DNA of 64,000 nt from Octopus sinensis (lineage: Eukaryota). Below are positions 41,875-54,820 of this stretch, one piece after another. Below the pieces are notes generated by a model, which did no database searches, was not told the origin of the DNA, and saw nothing but the letters and a program-made list of their open reading frames with translations. The DNA lies in contig NC_043000.1 of assembly GCF_006345805.1 (NCBI RefSeq), forward strand, positions 161,200,001-161,264,000, read 5' to 3'. The position numbers and the translations under genes are program-made. Position 1 is the stretch's first letter; every line of letters begins with the position of its first letter.

Positions 41875-41885
<11 letters not shown>
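41600..41885. repeat. ~285-bp near-perfect palindrome, 2-nt spacer
   Basis: Inner 39 bp (41696-41734 vs 41737-41775) are perfectly inverted; arms extend to ...ttagaagaaatgaggtaatcagaagatcggatggttc on both sides. Confidence 0.92.
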
Positions 41886-41919
<34 letters not shown>

Positions 41920-42071
41920 GAGAGAAGTAAGAAAAATAAGCGAAAATGCACATTGAAATGAAAAATAGTAAAGGCTTTTTTATGAAAAGTAACGAAGCAT
42001 ATATACAATTAGATGAACTGAGGTAGGAATAAAAGTAATAAAAGTCATTATTGTGAATTGTTGAAGAGATT

Positions 42072-42113
42072 CAAAGGCATACCGGTTTCATAAAATTACT
42101 GACCACTGCTTTG
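42072..42113 (-). ncRNA. Hammerhead ribozyme motif with swapped G3-C8 core
   Basis: CAAAGCA-GUGGUCA-GUAAUUUUAU-GAAA-CCGG-UA-UGCCUUUG; stem I 7 bp with one bulge, palindromic ACCGGU stem III, GUA site. Confidence 0.65.
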
Positions 42114-43898
42114 GATGCGCACCGATTACCGAACGGTGTCGGGTCTACCAGTCACTGAGTAAAGGGATTATGTGTAAGGGAGGTAAATAGTTCTGGATCT
42201 GGTGCAATTAGGGTAGATATAAACCTGTAATGTGAATGGTGTATGGGATGCATGGGGGTTAGAGGTATTAACTGAAAGGTTAGTAGTGTTCTGTATTAAA
42301 TCATGTGTTCATATTGAGTTGTGGAAGATATTTTTAATGAAAGTTGCCTCTTTATTCATTCTTTGTTGTCCTTAGAAGGGGATATAGTCTTGCGCTGGGA
42401 TAAAAATTTTTTCAATGATTTCGGTTGCATTTTGCTTTTGATAATTTTGTGTGAGCCTAACATTTTTTTCATTGTTTTATCTTCTGTGAGGATGGGTAGA
42501 TTTTGGATGATAATATTGAAGGCTATGCTCCATGGTGAATTGTTTCTTGCTATTTATATTGTTAAGCATTATTTTGAAGTCGAAGAGTTTGTCCATGCTA
42601 TCTTTCCAAAGTATAAAGCAATCGTCCAAATACCTCTTCCAGTACTCCTTTTAATATCAATGAAATGAGGTGCCATATTTTTGTAGTGATGATTGGTATG
42701 TTTTAAGTTCTACGTAACCCATGACAAGGTTCACAGTCACTGGAGCAACTCGGGTTCCCATTGCAATTCCACACATTTGTCGATAGTAAACTGTATCGAA
42801 CATGAAATAGTTGTTCAGTGGGATGGATTTGAGTGCTGCGATTATGAATGTGTGGTTGATGCGTCCTGGGATCTTTTCTGGGTATTTTTCTAGCCAGAAG
42901 GTGATTGCTTCAATACTATAGTTGTGTAGGATATTGGTGTACAGATTCACCACATCGAATGATACTAAGAGGGTTGCTTCTTCGGGAGGTGTTTAGGCAT
43001 GTCTAAGTCATCCCTGATGAAGCTTTTCACATATTTTAGATGCGGTTTGAGTAAGATGTCGAGGAAGATGTCGAGGAAGTTGCGGGGCCAGCAATGATGG
43101 GTCTCAGTCTGAGGTCAGTGGAGGAGGAACATTAATGTAGTCTCGGAGAAACTTTGCAAGCTTTACAAATATGTAGATTTTTGTGTATTTTAGGTAATCT
43201 GTAGGTCTGTATTTAAAATACAGACTACGCGTGTATTTTAAATTGGATAAATAGTCAATTTCATTTTTAGTGAGGCCCATTCCATGTATTTGAAGTAAGG
43301 AGGATAAGTTTTTAAGTGTCTTCTGTGGGTTGTATTTTACTATCTTCTCATAGTAGATATTATTTCCCAACATGGAGAGTATTAAAATTTGTAGTACTCT
43401 GTGTCAATCACCACAACCGCCCAATGGTTGTAGTAGGTGGATTGTTGTGGAAAGTCTGCTTTTTGTTTTGTTTGCTGAAGAGAAAATGGGTGTAAAGTGT
43501 GTATGTGGTAGTATTTTGGTGGTGGAGTGACTGTGCAGTGGACTAGATTATGGTTGTACTGAGGGTTGTTATATTGTCTATGGTTGATGTGGTTTGGGTT
43601 AAATTTATTTTTAATATTGTAATGTTCACAGAACACCTCAGCACAGCAAAGAATGAATAAAGAGGCAACTTGCATCAATAAATATCTTCCACAACTCAAT
43701 ATGAACACTTAACCTAATACAGAATACTACTAACTTTTCAATTAATACTACTAACCCCCATACACCCCATACACATTCACATTACATGTTTATATCTACC
43801 CTAATTGCACCAAATCCAGAACTACTTACCTCGCTTAATCATAATCTTTTTACTCAGTGACTAGTAAACCCGACACCGTTCGGTAATCGGTGCGCATT

Positions 43899-43930
43899 CA
43901 AAGCAGTGATCAGCAACTTTACGAAACAGG
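43899..43930 (+). ncRNA. Second (3'-truncated) copy of the G3-C8 hammerhead motif
   Basis: CAAAGCA-GUGAUCA-GCAACUUUAC-GAAA-CAGG, then junction with the Tx1-like element. Confidence 0.55.
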
Positions 43931-46900
43931 ACACGGTTTATTTTTGTCCCTGATTTGCGTGGTACACCCAAATGGCATCGGCTACTAGATGCAGGTGTCT
44001 GCCACAGGATACAATGACGGTGGTGCTGTCCGCATACGCTGTTAGTGTCCTCCCGCACCCTAGATCACGCAGGACGCCCCTAGGGGCCTCCAGTTTCTGC
44101 AGTAAAGACTCGAGGGCCAGAATGTACAGAAGGAAGGACAAAGAACATCCTTTGCGGGCCGAACGCACGATGATAAACAGCTCTGTAGGATGACCGTTCA
44201 TCCGAACTACCGCTTTAATGTTTCCATATCAGCTGGTGATGCCACCGTGAAAGTGCGGGTAAACGCGTCCGCGTCGAGGACTGCCGCCAGATTGTGATGG
44301 TTAACCATATCGAATGCTTTTCACTTATCTAAATGTATCAGTATCGCTCTCATGCCAGGAAAGGCGTACTGATACAACCTCTTTCATACGCTATGATGTA
44401 GCGTATGAAGTGGAGGTTGTCGAGGATCGTACTGGATGGGAGGGCACATACATGCGCCATCCCAACCAGTTTGTCGATGAAATGCGCCAACCTCTTGCCT
44501 AGCACCTTGGCCAATATCTTCAGCATTAAGCAGAGTTATGCACCTAAAGTAATCTATAACGTCCCCTTGTTTGGGTCCTTTCTTAGCAGCACCATTGTCC
44601 CCTGACTCACATAGCTAGAAATGTTCTTATCCAGTTGTCAGTTGGTGTAGATATTTGCCAGTAGGTTCCCAAACAAATCTGGCATATTACATTAAAATTA
44701 GACCCGGAGATTTGTCCCCAAAGAAGCCCGATAGAACCTCTTCTACCTCCGCAGCTGTGATTGGTCCTTCAAAGCACCCTGCTTCCTGCACTGAGAGTCA
44801 CAGCAGACCAACCAGGAAGTCCAAGAAGTCCATCCTGAGATCCGACCCACTGCTCGTCCGAACAGTTGAGTGCAGTGCTGGTGAAGGACCTTACACATTT
44901 TGTCGGTTTCGTTAAACCATGCATCCCTTTTTTTGTCGGCCAAAGACCGTATAGTGGCTTTATTGCTACGTTGGATCTCTAATACGCGGTCCCATTTCGC
45001 AGCATTTCCCTCTTGTCTCATAGCACGTAACTTAGCTCTGACAACACAACCTTCGTGCTTGGCATTGAGGTGCTGATCTAGGGCCAATCTTGCTGCTAGC
45101 ACGTTAGAAGCATTGTCAGATTTTAGTGCTTCTTCTAGTCTGCTAACTAATACCCTCTGTATTCTTTTCTTTTCCAATGCTAAAACTTTGCTATATCTAC
45201 GTGAATCAAATTTAATGGACCTTTTTGTTATTCTTGATGGCGACTGTTAACGCCCTTTCCACTAATTCTCTAATCCGGTCACTGTATGCTTTGCACGCCA
45301 GGGGTGACTTGTTTAGCTTCCAGTAACCGGGGCCCAGTGTACAAAGTCTCTCCAAGTCAAGCTTACTGATCACAAACCTATGATCCGTATAGCTGACGAT
45401 CTGATATTGTGGGCAACAAGCGTTAGATTTGTCACCTACCCTAATGAATACTCTAATAGGATCTGGGAGACCCGGAGCTGTTGCTCAATGTCCACACAGG
45501 AGCACCCGGGTGATCCATTCTAAACCTGTCAGCCAGCTGAAAGCGATTGAGCAAGTTAGGCTTTCCCTTTTCTAGTTGGAGTTGAGCCAACAAAATCCGC
45601 ACTTGCATCTAGGATTATGTTAAAGTCACCAACATATACTAAATGGCGCGACGTCCCAAGAAAAGCCTCTAGGCTTCTGAAGTAGATGTATTGCTCTGTG
45701 TCGTTTGGGGCATAAACTGCAACCAGTCTGAAAACGCTGCCGCTGCTATGTGTCGTGTTTAGGACGACCAACTTGACTTCTCGGTCCACAAAGATTGTCT
45801 TGATTTCTATATCCACGCCTTTCAGGAATAAATCCACAAATCCTCTGCCTTGTCTAGGCTGGCTTACAGATACGTAGATCTCATAACCATCGAAGAGAGG
45901 TGAAAAAGCTTGCAACCCGGTCAGCCTGGTTTCACAGTCGGCTATGACATCCAAATTCTATGACCTGAGATCGTTTAGCAAGCATACTTGCTTCCAATAC
46001 GATCCCAGGCCACGCATATTCACACTGCCAAAGTTGAACGCAACCATGAGGAATAGAATTAATTACTTACTTGGTAATGTGGGGGTGTGGATTTATCCTC
46101 CCTTCTCGGTGTATCTTGTGGCGTTCAAGGTTGACTTTGGGGGATTGGGGAAGGGTTTAGATATATACTCCCTTCTGATAGTGGTTTGTGAGGTGTCATT
46201 AATTATGTTCCACTAGATGTCTTTAGTAAAATTTAACTGTAATGTTCCAATGTCATTAGGATATAGTTCATTTAGTTGCATGAATGAATGACAGTCAAGT
46301 TTTATTAATCAGATGTGTTCAGAAATTTATGAATGTGAGAAAGGGGCGTTGAAAGGTGATATGCGAGGATTTTCATTTATGTATTTTGTGAATTGTGAGC
46401 TCCTTGTGTTGATTGCTGTGATGTTGACGACAGATTCTAGAGTATGAGGTCTACGTGTGTGTGTGGTGGTGCTTGTATCGTGGTGTGTCTCAGTGGGGCG
46501 AAGACTGTAGAGGAAGGGTTTACTCTTTTCCTTCTTTTTATTTTAGCTACCTCTTCCTGTACCTGTTATGTTGTGGGGTTGTCTTGCCTTTTTTGTGCTA
46601 GTGTTTGTGCTGGTGTGGAGTTTCGTTTGTTGGTGTTATCCGTTGGGGTCTTACTTGATTTTGTGTCCCGAGCGGGGTTTGTTTGTGGTATTGGTTTGGT
46701 ATGGTGGTCTTGATTAGGTGCAATGGAGGCACGTCTGGTAGAGGGCGGTCCATTTCTGGGTTATCGATTGGCAAGAGCTTCTAATGTGTTGATCACATTT
46801 GTAACATCTAGGCCTTCGACCCTCCACCTAAACTCGGAGGGCAGTGCCATCTGGTAAGTTTCTTAAGTCGAGTATAATTTCGAGGTCCTGTTGTGTGGCC

Positions 46901-47480
46901 TGTATTATTATTTCGAGGCCTTGGCCCACGACAGTTTTGTTGGTGCAGCTTCGTGACCTGCGGAATGGAAATACTACTTTCCAAATCCATCAAAACAACG
47001 GTCACGAGCCACACCACGTCAATTTCGGGTGGGATCTCCCCAATTTTTATTTTAGATGTGCGCTTACCCATTATAAGTGGGCAGTAACGCCAGTTCGTTG
47101 ATTTTCAAAGGCACTGTGGAGTGTTCTTTTGCTTCTTCTTCAGACGCGAAACTTACCTCTGCAGTGCCATATTTTCTGCTCTTGCTACATATTTGGTGTC
47201 GCCCCATACGGGCTGCAGGAATTTTTCTATTGTTTCCTTTAGCATATGTTCGACATTTTTCGTTTTTAGTGAAAGAGTTTAAAAAATTAGTTTTTCTAGC
47301 TTTTTGTTGCATTATATCATCGGGTAGCGTTAAATTTATATTATTCCCTTCACGCGCTTTGCTAAGTTTTTATATTTTTCTAGGTCAAGTTGGTTATATT
47401 TTATGTTTTCCTGGTTTATAGTTTCCACCGATGCGAACCCGCGTCGGTTTGGTTTGCTCAATTCAAAGGGTTTCCTTTGT
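43931..47480 (-). mobile_element. Tx1/L1-clade non-LTR retrotransposon (ORF1, APE endonuclease, RT), decayed, 3'-truncated
   Basis: APE: VAVYAPND...LVYVGDFN; RT: KSPG, KAFDMVNH, SARKGCSLS.LLYILALE, AYADS; ORF1 pieces at 46808-47312; 5' boundary uncertain (47480-47800). Confidence 0.88.
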
Positions 47481-48247
47481 AGCATTTGACGTATGTTTGG
47501 GGATTTTTTCTGTGTTCACTTTCGTCTGGTGAGTTTGATGATATTGGGGGCGTTCTTTGTGTTTCAAAACTTTCAAAAATGTGTAACTAGATTACACAAG
47601 AAGAAATTGCAAAGAAAAAATTCAATTCGCCCCTTAAAGGGGAAATTTCTAGACTCGATACTTCCCCTGCTAATCATGTTTAGAATCGATAACACACAAA
47701 ATTTCACAAACAATAACACAATTGAGGTAGACAAATGGCAAAACTCATGAGAAGAAAAACACTCGTCCGTTCCGTCAAAACTGTCGAACCATCAAATGTC
47801 ATCTAACGACTGGAGATTCCGTTATATAATATACACATCCATCCATATATACGTGTATGTGTGTGCGCGTGTCTCTACCATGTCTACGCGTGCTTGTAGG
47901 TGTGTGGCTGTGTGTGCGCGAGTGCATGTGTGAGTGCATGCGTGTGCGTCCTAAGGTCATAGTTCAGCAGTAAATTTGAAATAATTTTTTTTATATAGTG
48001 CAAACGTATTCAGATATACAAATCGAATACGTTGGATAATGTAGATAGACATGTATCATATATTTGTTGCGTTTCAGCCAATGGGCTCAGCCCATTGGTT
48101 GCCAAAAACTCAAAGTGACATACATATACACATATATATACACACATATAAATACACAAATACATATATACACAGATATAAGCAAACATATACGCACATA
48201 CATACACACATAAATATATGCATATATGCACACGGACGCACACACAG

Positions 48248-48284
<37 letters not shown>

Positions 48285-48409
48285 AGGTACGATAGATAAA
48301 TTATCACCAGTTTATATTTTTAATTTTTGCGCGTACGCATTCTTTTTTTTTATTTTGTCAAGTACACAGTATAGTAAGGTCAGTTGGGCACCGTGTGTGA
48401 GAAAAATAG

Positions 48410-49177
48410 CACCATGACGGAATTCATTCTGCCAAAAATTTGCAGACGATATGCTGTGCTGCTTGGCATTCACGCCGGAAGTTCCAATACGAACATTTCA
48501 CAGTGTTTGGATGTCAATATCAGGACAGTGAAATCTGAGGACATGTAGCGAGAGTGATAAAAATCAAACGTCCAATCAACATTATGGTGTTGGGAGTGGT
48601 CACTAGTGATGGCGACATTATGCCTCCACTCATCTTCCCACGTGACCTCAGACTCAACACGGAGGCCTATATCAAGTGCCTGCAGGAGGTAGTGCTACTC
48701 TGGGTCAAGAGGGTGGCTACAAGAACACCCTTATGTCTGGCAACAACACTCTGCAGCATGCCACACGGCCAAGACAACGCAGTCATGGCTCTCAAACAAT
48801 TTCTGCGACCACATCACACCTAACATCTGGCCAACTATCTCCCTAGACTGCAATCACCTTGATTATTATGTATGGAGCACAGTTGATCAAGAGACTGTCG
48901 AAACTACTTGTAACTCCAAAAATGAACAACTGAAGGTAAGGATTATGGCAGCATTCTACAACTTAAAAAAGGAGACTGTCCGGAAGAGCTGCAGAAGATT
49001 CCAAAGTCGTCTGGAGGCCGTGGTTGAAGCAAAAGGTGATATTATTAAATGAATTTGGTCTTTAGTATTTCAGATATTTTTATGTAATTTTGGTAAATAT
49101 ATCTGTTGAAATGAGATGTCAATGTTATTTTCACTTTTGCGTAAGTTAGACGACAGTTTATTCACCGCACTCTGTTG
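48410..49177 (+). mobile_element. Tc1/mariner (maT/DD37D-like) transposase relic with internal deletion
   Basis: IMVLGVVTSDGDIMPPLIF...YIKCL...PYVWQQHSAACH...IWPTISLDCNHLDYYVWS...FQSRLEAVVEAKG; right TIR-like end near 49145-49177. Confidence 0.85.
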
Positions 49178-49385
49178 ACACCCTGTTTATCTAAATTTTC
49201 GAGAGAAATAATCATTTTTGTAAGAGCCGTTCTGGAAAAACACATAAAGGTATAGACATTAGCTTATAGAATTTGGGGTGAAAAAAAAAACATTGATAAA
49301 AATATCAACCCAATATTTATATACCTTTATTTTTTTACGTGTACTTCGAGTGTCAATGTTTCAAAAAAATTGATTCATATATACA

Positions 49386-49474
<89 letters not shown>

Positions 49475-51984
49475 ATATACATTCACACATTCTAAAAAAG
49501 CATAATCGGACACGCAGGCACACACAAACACACACACACAGAAAGCTCTGTCATTTCACTCAACTTTTTGATATTTTAAAAAATTATTATGTGTTTGTAC
49601 TAAATTTGTCTTTCTTTCTTCGGTTGAATGTAATGTTAATTTTGAGAGATGCTGTATCTGGTGCTGGTGATATTTTTGGGTTAAAGATACTAACCATTTT
49701 GTTGACATCAAATTTCAAGATGAATATCAAAGACTCATTTTGAAGAAGTTATAATTCATATGGGATCCTTTTCTTTTTGTTTTTATTTTTTTTCACTTAC
49801 TTTCTGTGAGAGAAGCTGAGCGGTTTTATGTCTCTCTGACTGAATATAGCCTTTTGCGTGGCAGCACATTTTGTAATAAGAACATTCGTGGCAATAGTGT
49901 GCGAAAGGAAAGGATATTATTTAATTTGTGCATATTCTTTATACTTGAATCAATTTTGTAGGTAAGTTGTGCATAACATACATCTATGAAGATATAGACA
50001 TATATTTGTTATATCAACATTTTCGTGCAAAGTGTCAACACAGTGTATAGTTAGTTATGTGTAAGTAAATCTTTGTTTTCAATATTCCTTCGCATGTGTC
50101 TGTTTAAATGAGTGATTATGTTTCGAAGATTCTCGTACATTCATTTTAGAATCTTGTCTAAAATGGTAGTAATGATATGATTGAAACTAAGGTTATATGA
50201 AAAGTTTTTCTTTTATTAACCACAAGGACACTCGAATTCCGCAGCACGGGCTCTTGATTATAGTTGGGATATTTACCGTGGTTGTCTTGTAATTTTGGGA
50301 CTGCGGGACAGTGTTTAGCACAATAAACGTATATATTTCACTAGTTTTCCAACTAACTCAGCTTTCTGATTTATTTATTGTTGTTCATTTAGTGTTAGAT
50401 CATAAGTTTTGTTGTTATAGTAAGGATGGTAAGTTGGCAGTAACAAAAGAACATGGTATCAATTTCATCTTCCAGTGTTTTGAGGTCAAATTCTACCTAT
50501 CCGATCTACATCCTTTCATGAGAGAAAAAAAGGACATCAGTGATAGAATCCTATTCGATTTATATTCTGTCCAGCATTTCAGTGACCATTTCCGACTATT
50601 CTGCTTGCGATCTCGTAACACTGTTTTCCTATTTGGATATATATGATCCAGCCAAACAGCAAATCTCTAAACAGATTTTGCATTCAACGAGACATCGTCA
50701 TCACTTATAGATTCGCGTTTCCAGGTGCCGAGTTGTAATCACATGAAATTGTCCTGACGACAAACTCTATTTTTCGATCTATTTTTCCAGCATCATAACG
50801 AGGACATCCTTGGTGTATACAGATAGGGCTCTTTTGAGTTCCAGTTTCAACGAAATATATTTCAACGTTTCCTTCTTCGCAAATATAAACGCAACACACA
50901 TCCAGACGAACCAGAGTAATATTGGCTGATCTCGTTATGCTATCTGAGAAGGGGTTAATCACCAAACGTGTAGTCTGATCATTGCACAATTGCTACATAT
51001 ATTGTGGCAAACCAATTCCTCAGGTCATGATCGAAACCAGCTGCACAATTTTTTTTTTCCATGTCAACACCGCTGCACGATTTATGTACATCTAAAGGAT
51101 ATATCGCATGAAGTGAACGTTGTTTCAGATACATGTTGTGGGGAATGTAAAAAGTTATGCATCTCCATCTGAACTACAAACATGTACCAACATCGTGGAC
51201 GAGTACATTTTCCCAGAATATTGGCTCAAGGGCACTTTTGTCCAGGATACAGGGCATATGAATGGGAAGTATATAGTTCATTATATAAAACTGTTATTCC
51301 CTCAATAACAGATTTTACATCGTTAAGTAAATATCATAATGATGGACAATATAAATTGAATAGGAGCTTGTATAATATTAAGTGGAGTAGTACTAAGACA
51401 AAATTTAAGAACACTAATGTAGGAATATATGAAATTGCTTCCACAACAAAAGCGACATAGACAACAATAGTGCAATCAATATAGCATGAAAGCATTTAAA
51501 TTAAGGAAAGTAAGGGTGACAGTGAGGAAACTATGTTTGCAGGATCCGTAGCCTCATGCACATAATTGAACCTGAGCATAATAGCCAAAATAATGGAAGA
51601 GGTTCAGTTACACGTCATCGGAGAAAAGGCAGTACAACAACTAACGAAAGAAATGGGAGGATATGGATAAAAAGGCAAGGAAACTGTTTAAAGAAAACTT
51701 CGAAAACATGATTAATGCCATCTTGCAACACATAAATCTTGTGCTACATTCTGAGAAATGAGCGAAGACACCATCATTGCGTTATACTTGTCAAGCATAT
51801 GCAAGTTCATAAAAGTTTATAAAAGTGTTCTTTTTAAATATTGAAGGTAAGAAGGATGGCAATACACATAATGTGAATGGTAACGGAATTATTTTATTGA
51901 GATAAGTTTGTACTCATACCGTAAAATCTGAGGATTGGCCCAGAATTTATCAGCATTTTCACGTGCTAGTAATATCGGTATCAA

Positions 51985-52165
51985 ATTATGGCACAAAGCC
52001 AACAATTTTAGGGGAAGGGTATGACGATTACATCGACCACAGTGCTTAACCGGTACTTATTTCATCGACTCCAGAAGGATAAAAGGCAAAATCGAACTCA
52101 GCAGAATTTGAACTCAGAACTAAGCACACTAAACGGCGTGCTAATGGTTCTGCCAGCTCACCTTA
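51985..52165 (-). mobile_element. SINE family A
   Basis: Reverse complement of family A central domain. Confidence 0.8.
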
Positions 52166-52744
52166 ACCGTTATTTTGAGTTCAGTGGTGGTGGCTAGAAG
52201 TCAAATATTCGGCGCTTAAAAGCTGTCATAATCACAGCAATAGTCAACAACAATTACAAAAACAAATTGAAACTCAGGTAAATAGTGGAATCCAGGACAA
52301 TCAAAAGCAGGAATGTTTCTGATTATGCTGGCTCTGGTATTGTGTCTGGTTTCGGCATCCGAAGTATGAACGTGAACCAAAGCATAAAAACCACTGACTT
52401 ATAATTGTACGGCTCCTTCCGTGTCAAGTCAAAATATGGAGTTGGAACACAAAAATTTACTCGAAGTTCCTCTGTAGCACATCGTTAGCTAAAGACACTT
52501 CTAAATTTCACGTCATAAGAATTGATGATGTCGATGGATATCGGACCTAAATTATCATTAAGGGGTGCAAAACAAGAAAATTGCATAGATACCCGGCTAG
52601 ACAAAACTGGACCAAGAAGTAACAATATGCATTTTGAAATGTGAAATATTTGATTTTAAAATCATTTTCGAAATAATATGAATTAAGTGAATGTGTAGAC
52701 AAGAGCTACATACAATTAAAACAACATTGTATGAAAATGAGCAT

Positions 52745-52960
52745 GGCCTCGAGCTCGTAGAAACGTTAGCACGTCGGACAAAATTTTTTGCGACATTTCG
52801 TCTGTCTTTGCGTTCTGAGTTCAAATTCCGCTTAGGTCGACGTTGCCATTCATCCTTTCGGGTCGAAGAAATACGTACGAGCTGATCATTGGGGCCAATG
52901 TAATTGACCAGCTCTCTCTTTGAAAATTGCAAGCTTTGTGCCTATAGTTGAAAGAAGAAT
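52745..52960 (+). mobile_element. SINE family A
   Basis: gaaacgttagcacgtcgg...ctgagttcaaattccgc...catcctttcgggtcga. Confidence 0.8.
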
Positions 52961-54375
52961 CGCTATCATACTGGAAAGAGATGTTTTCCTCTACAAATCA
53001 AAAGTAGTTTGGTGCTGATGAACACCGAAACATTTCAGTAGATCTACCACACAGAAATGTCTTTGTTTCTAGTTTCAGATGACAAAATATATTGAAAATA
53101 ACAGGGAAGTTTAAACAAGAGCGAGTGAAAATATTCGAAGAACTAGACAAAATGTGATTGGCTAATATTATTTGAAAAAACTTCATTGGTTGACTATATG
53201 ACCATTGTTATCGAAATATAAATTGAGAACCGGAGAAAATTGAGGAAGAAAATAAAATAAGCCAATTAAGGAAGAAAAGAACTATAGCAAAACGAAATAG
53301 GAATCGAAATAATTTGAATATTGCACAATGAATAATAAATATAATAAAAATATGTGTAAAATGGATTAATGAAAGAATGAAAATATACGAATGTTAGATA
53401 AAAATAAATTAGGCGATGGTAAGAAGGAAAAATGTAATTCTCCAAGAAAAATATATATTTGACGTTTTTAAAATTATTCTGTTCAAAAGAAAATGTAATT
53501 GTATATTTAGCCATCCGGCTTTGGAGTAAAATAATTTCAATAATGAGCACCTGATTGGAATTATTATGGATATAAAAAAAGCTCTTCTTTCGATATTCAG
53601 CAGAGGTAGCCTTTATTCGTGTCTACGTATTTCACTGTTATGTTTAAAACTGAATCACTGCCATTTTTCATAAGTCTAGTCATAGCCATTTATACGGCGT
53701 GTAAGTAAGCGATGTCGTCCAATGTAGGATATTTTATGCAAATATTCCAAAATTATTAGTTCTATCATGTCACATATTCCTGCTAATTCTGCGTCAAAGG
53801 ATGACCTTATAAGTCAAATAATCAATCCTTTTTCTTTCGAAAACGAATTTTCTAAAATCCAAACAGGTTTTCGTGAGTGTATCATTATTTCCCTTTCATA
53901 TTCACAGACAGACTTAGTAATAGGCGATAAATATGAATAATATGAGACTGGATAAATTTACAATCATTGCCGCTGTTACTGATCTAAACACTATTATTCA
54001 GTAAAAGAAGAGTTTTCGCTTCGCTTTTTTATAAGAGTCTGGAATTTATCTACCAACAATTTTAAACTCTGCTTTTGAAAGGTTACTGGGATTACATTTC
54101 TGATTACTAGAAAATTTTGCTTTACGATCCTGAAAGGCAATATTTTGTGAGTTGCTGTCTGAATATTCAACTTTATCATTTATATTTAAAATGGTAGTTA
54201 AATGTGTTGCTTCTAAGTAAATGGAGTAGTATGTGTTGCCCAGGGCTCTTTAGATATTCGTAATCTAGTTGTCAAAAAAAGCCTGTTGTGTGTTCTTTCA
54301 GTTGAGATGAACACAAAATGTGTCTTATTCTACGAAACGTATATTATTTTCAGAGGGCTAAATGAGAATAACGTG

Positions 54376-54820
54376 GAGGCGCGCGGCTTAGTGGTTAGGG
54401 TGTTGAACTCATGATCGTAAGGTTGTAGCTTCGATTCCTGGACCCGGCGATGCGCTGTGTTCTTGAGCAAAACACGTCATTTCACGTTGCTCCAGTCCAC
54501 TCAGCTGGCAAAAATGAGTAATCCTGCGACGGACCGGCGTCCCGTCCAGGTGGGCCATTTCTACGCCACCGAAACCGGGAAACCGGTCCTTATGATCCTG
54601 GCATGGCTCGAGAAGAAACATTTATTAGTGGAGGCGCGTGGCTTAGTGGTTAGGGTGTCAGCAAATCACTTCATTTCACGTTGCTCCAGTCCACTCAGCT
54701 GTCAAAAATGAGTAACGCTGCGATGGATTGGCGTCCCGTCAAGCTGAGGAACACATACGCCATAGAAACAGGGAAAACGGGCCCATGAGCCTGGCTAGGC
54801 TTTAAAAGGGCGCATTTATT
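54376..54820 (+). mobile_element. Two tandem SINE family B-type units (alternative tail cctgcgacggaccggcgtcccgtcc)
   Basis: Both start gtggaggcgcg(c/t)ggcttagtggttagggtgt (near 54374 and 54629); the second has an internal deletion. Confidence 0.85.

Larger units (their letters stand above)
42040..43930 (-). mobile_element. Penelope-like element with 3' terminal repeat (42040-42370) and an inverted copy of it at the 5' end (43640-43930)
   Basis: RT: VNLYTNI...NNYFMF...YRQMCGIAMGTRVAP; KAD...AVVVID...YYE; C-terminus KEATFIK; 43650-43930 is the reverse complement of 42080-42370. Confidence 0.9.

Noticed and set aside
43015-43030. CTGATGAAG on the plus strand inside the PLE
   Set aside because: Antisense to RT coding sequence (SFIRDD), with no downstream stem II or GAAA.
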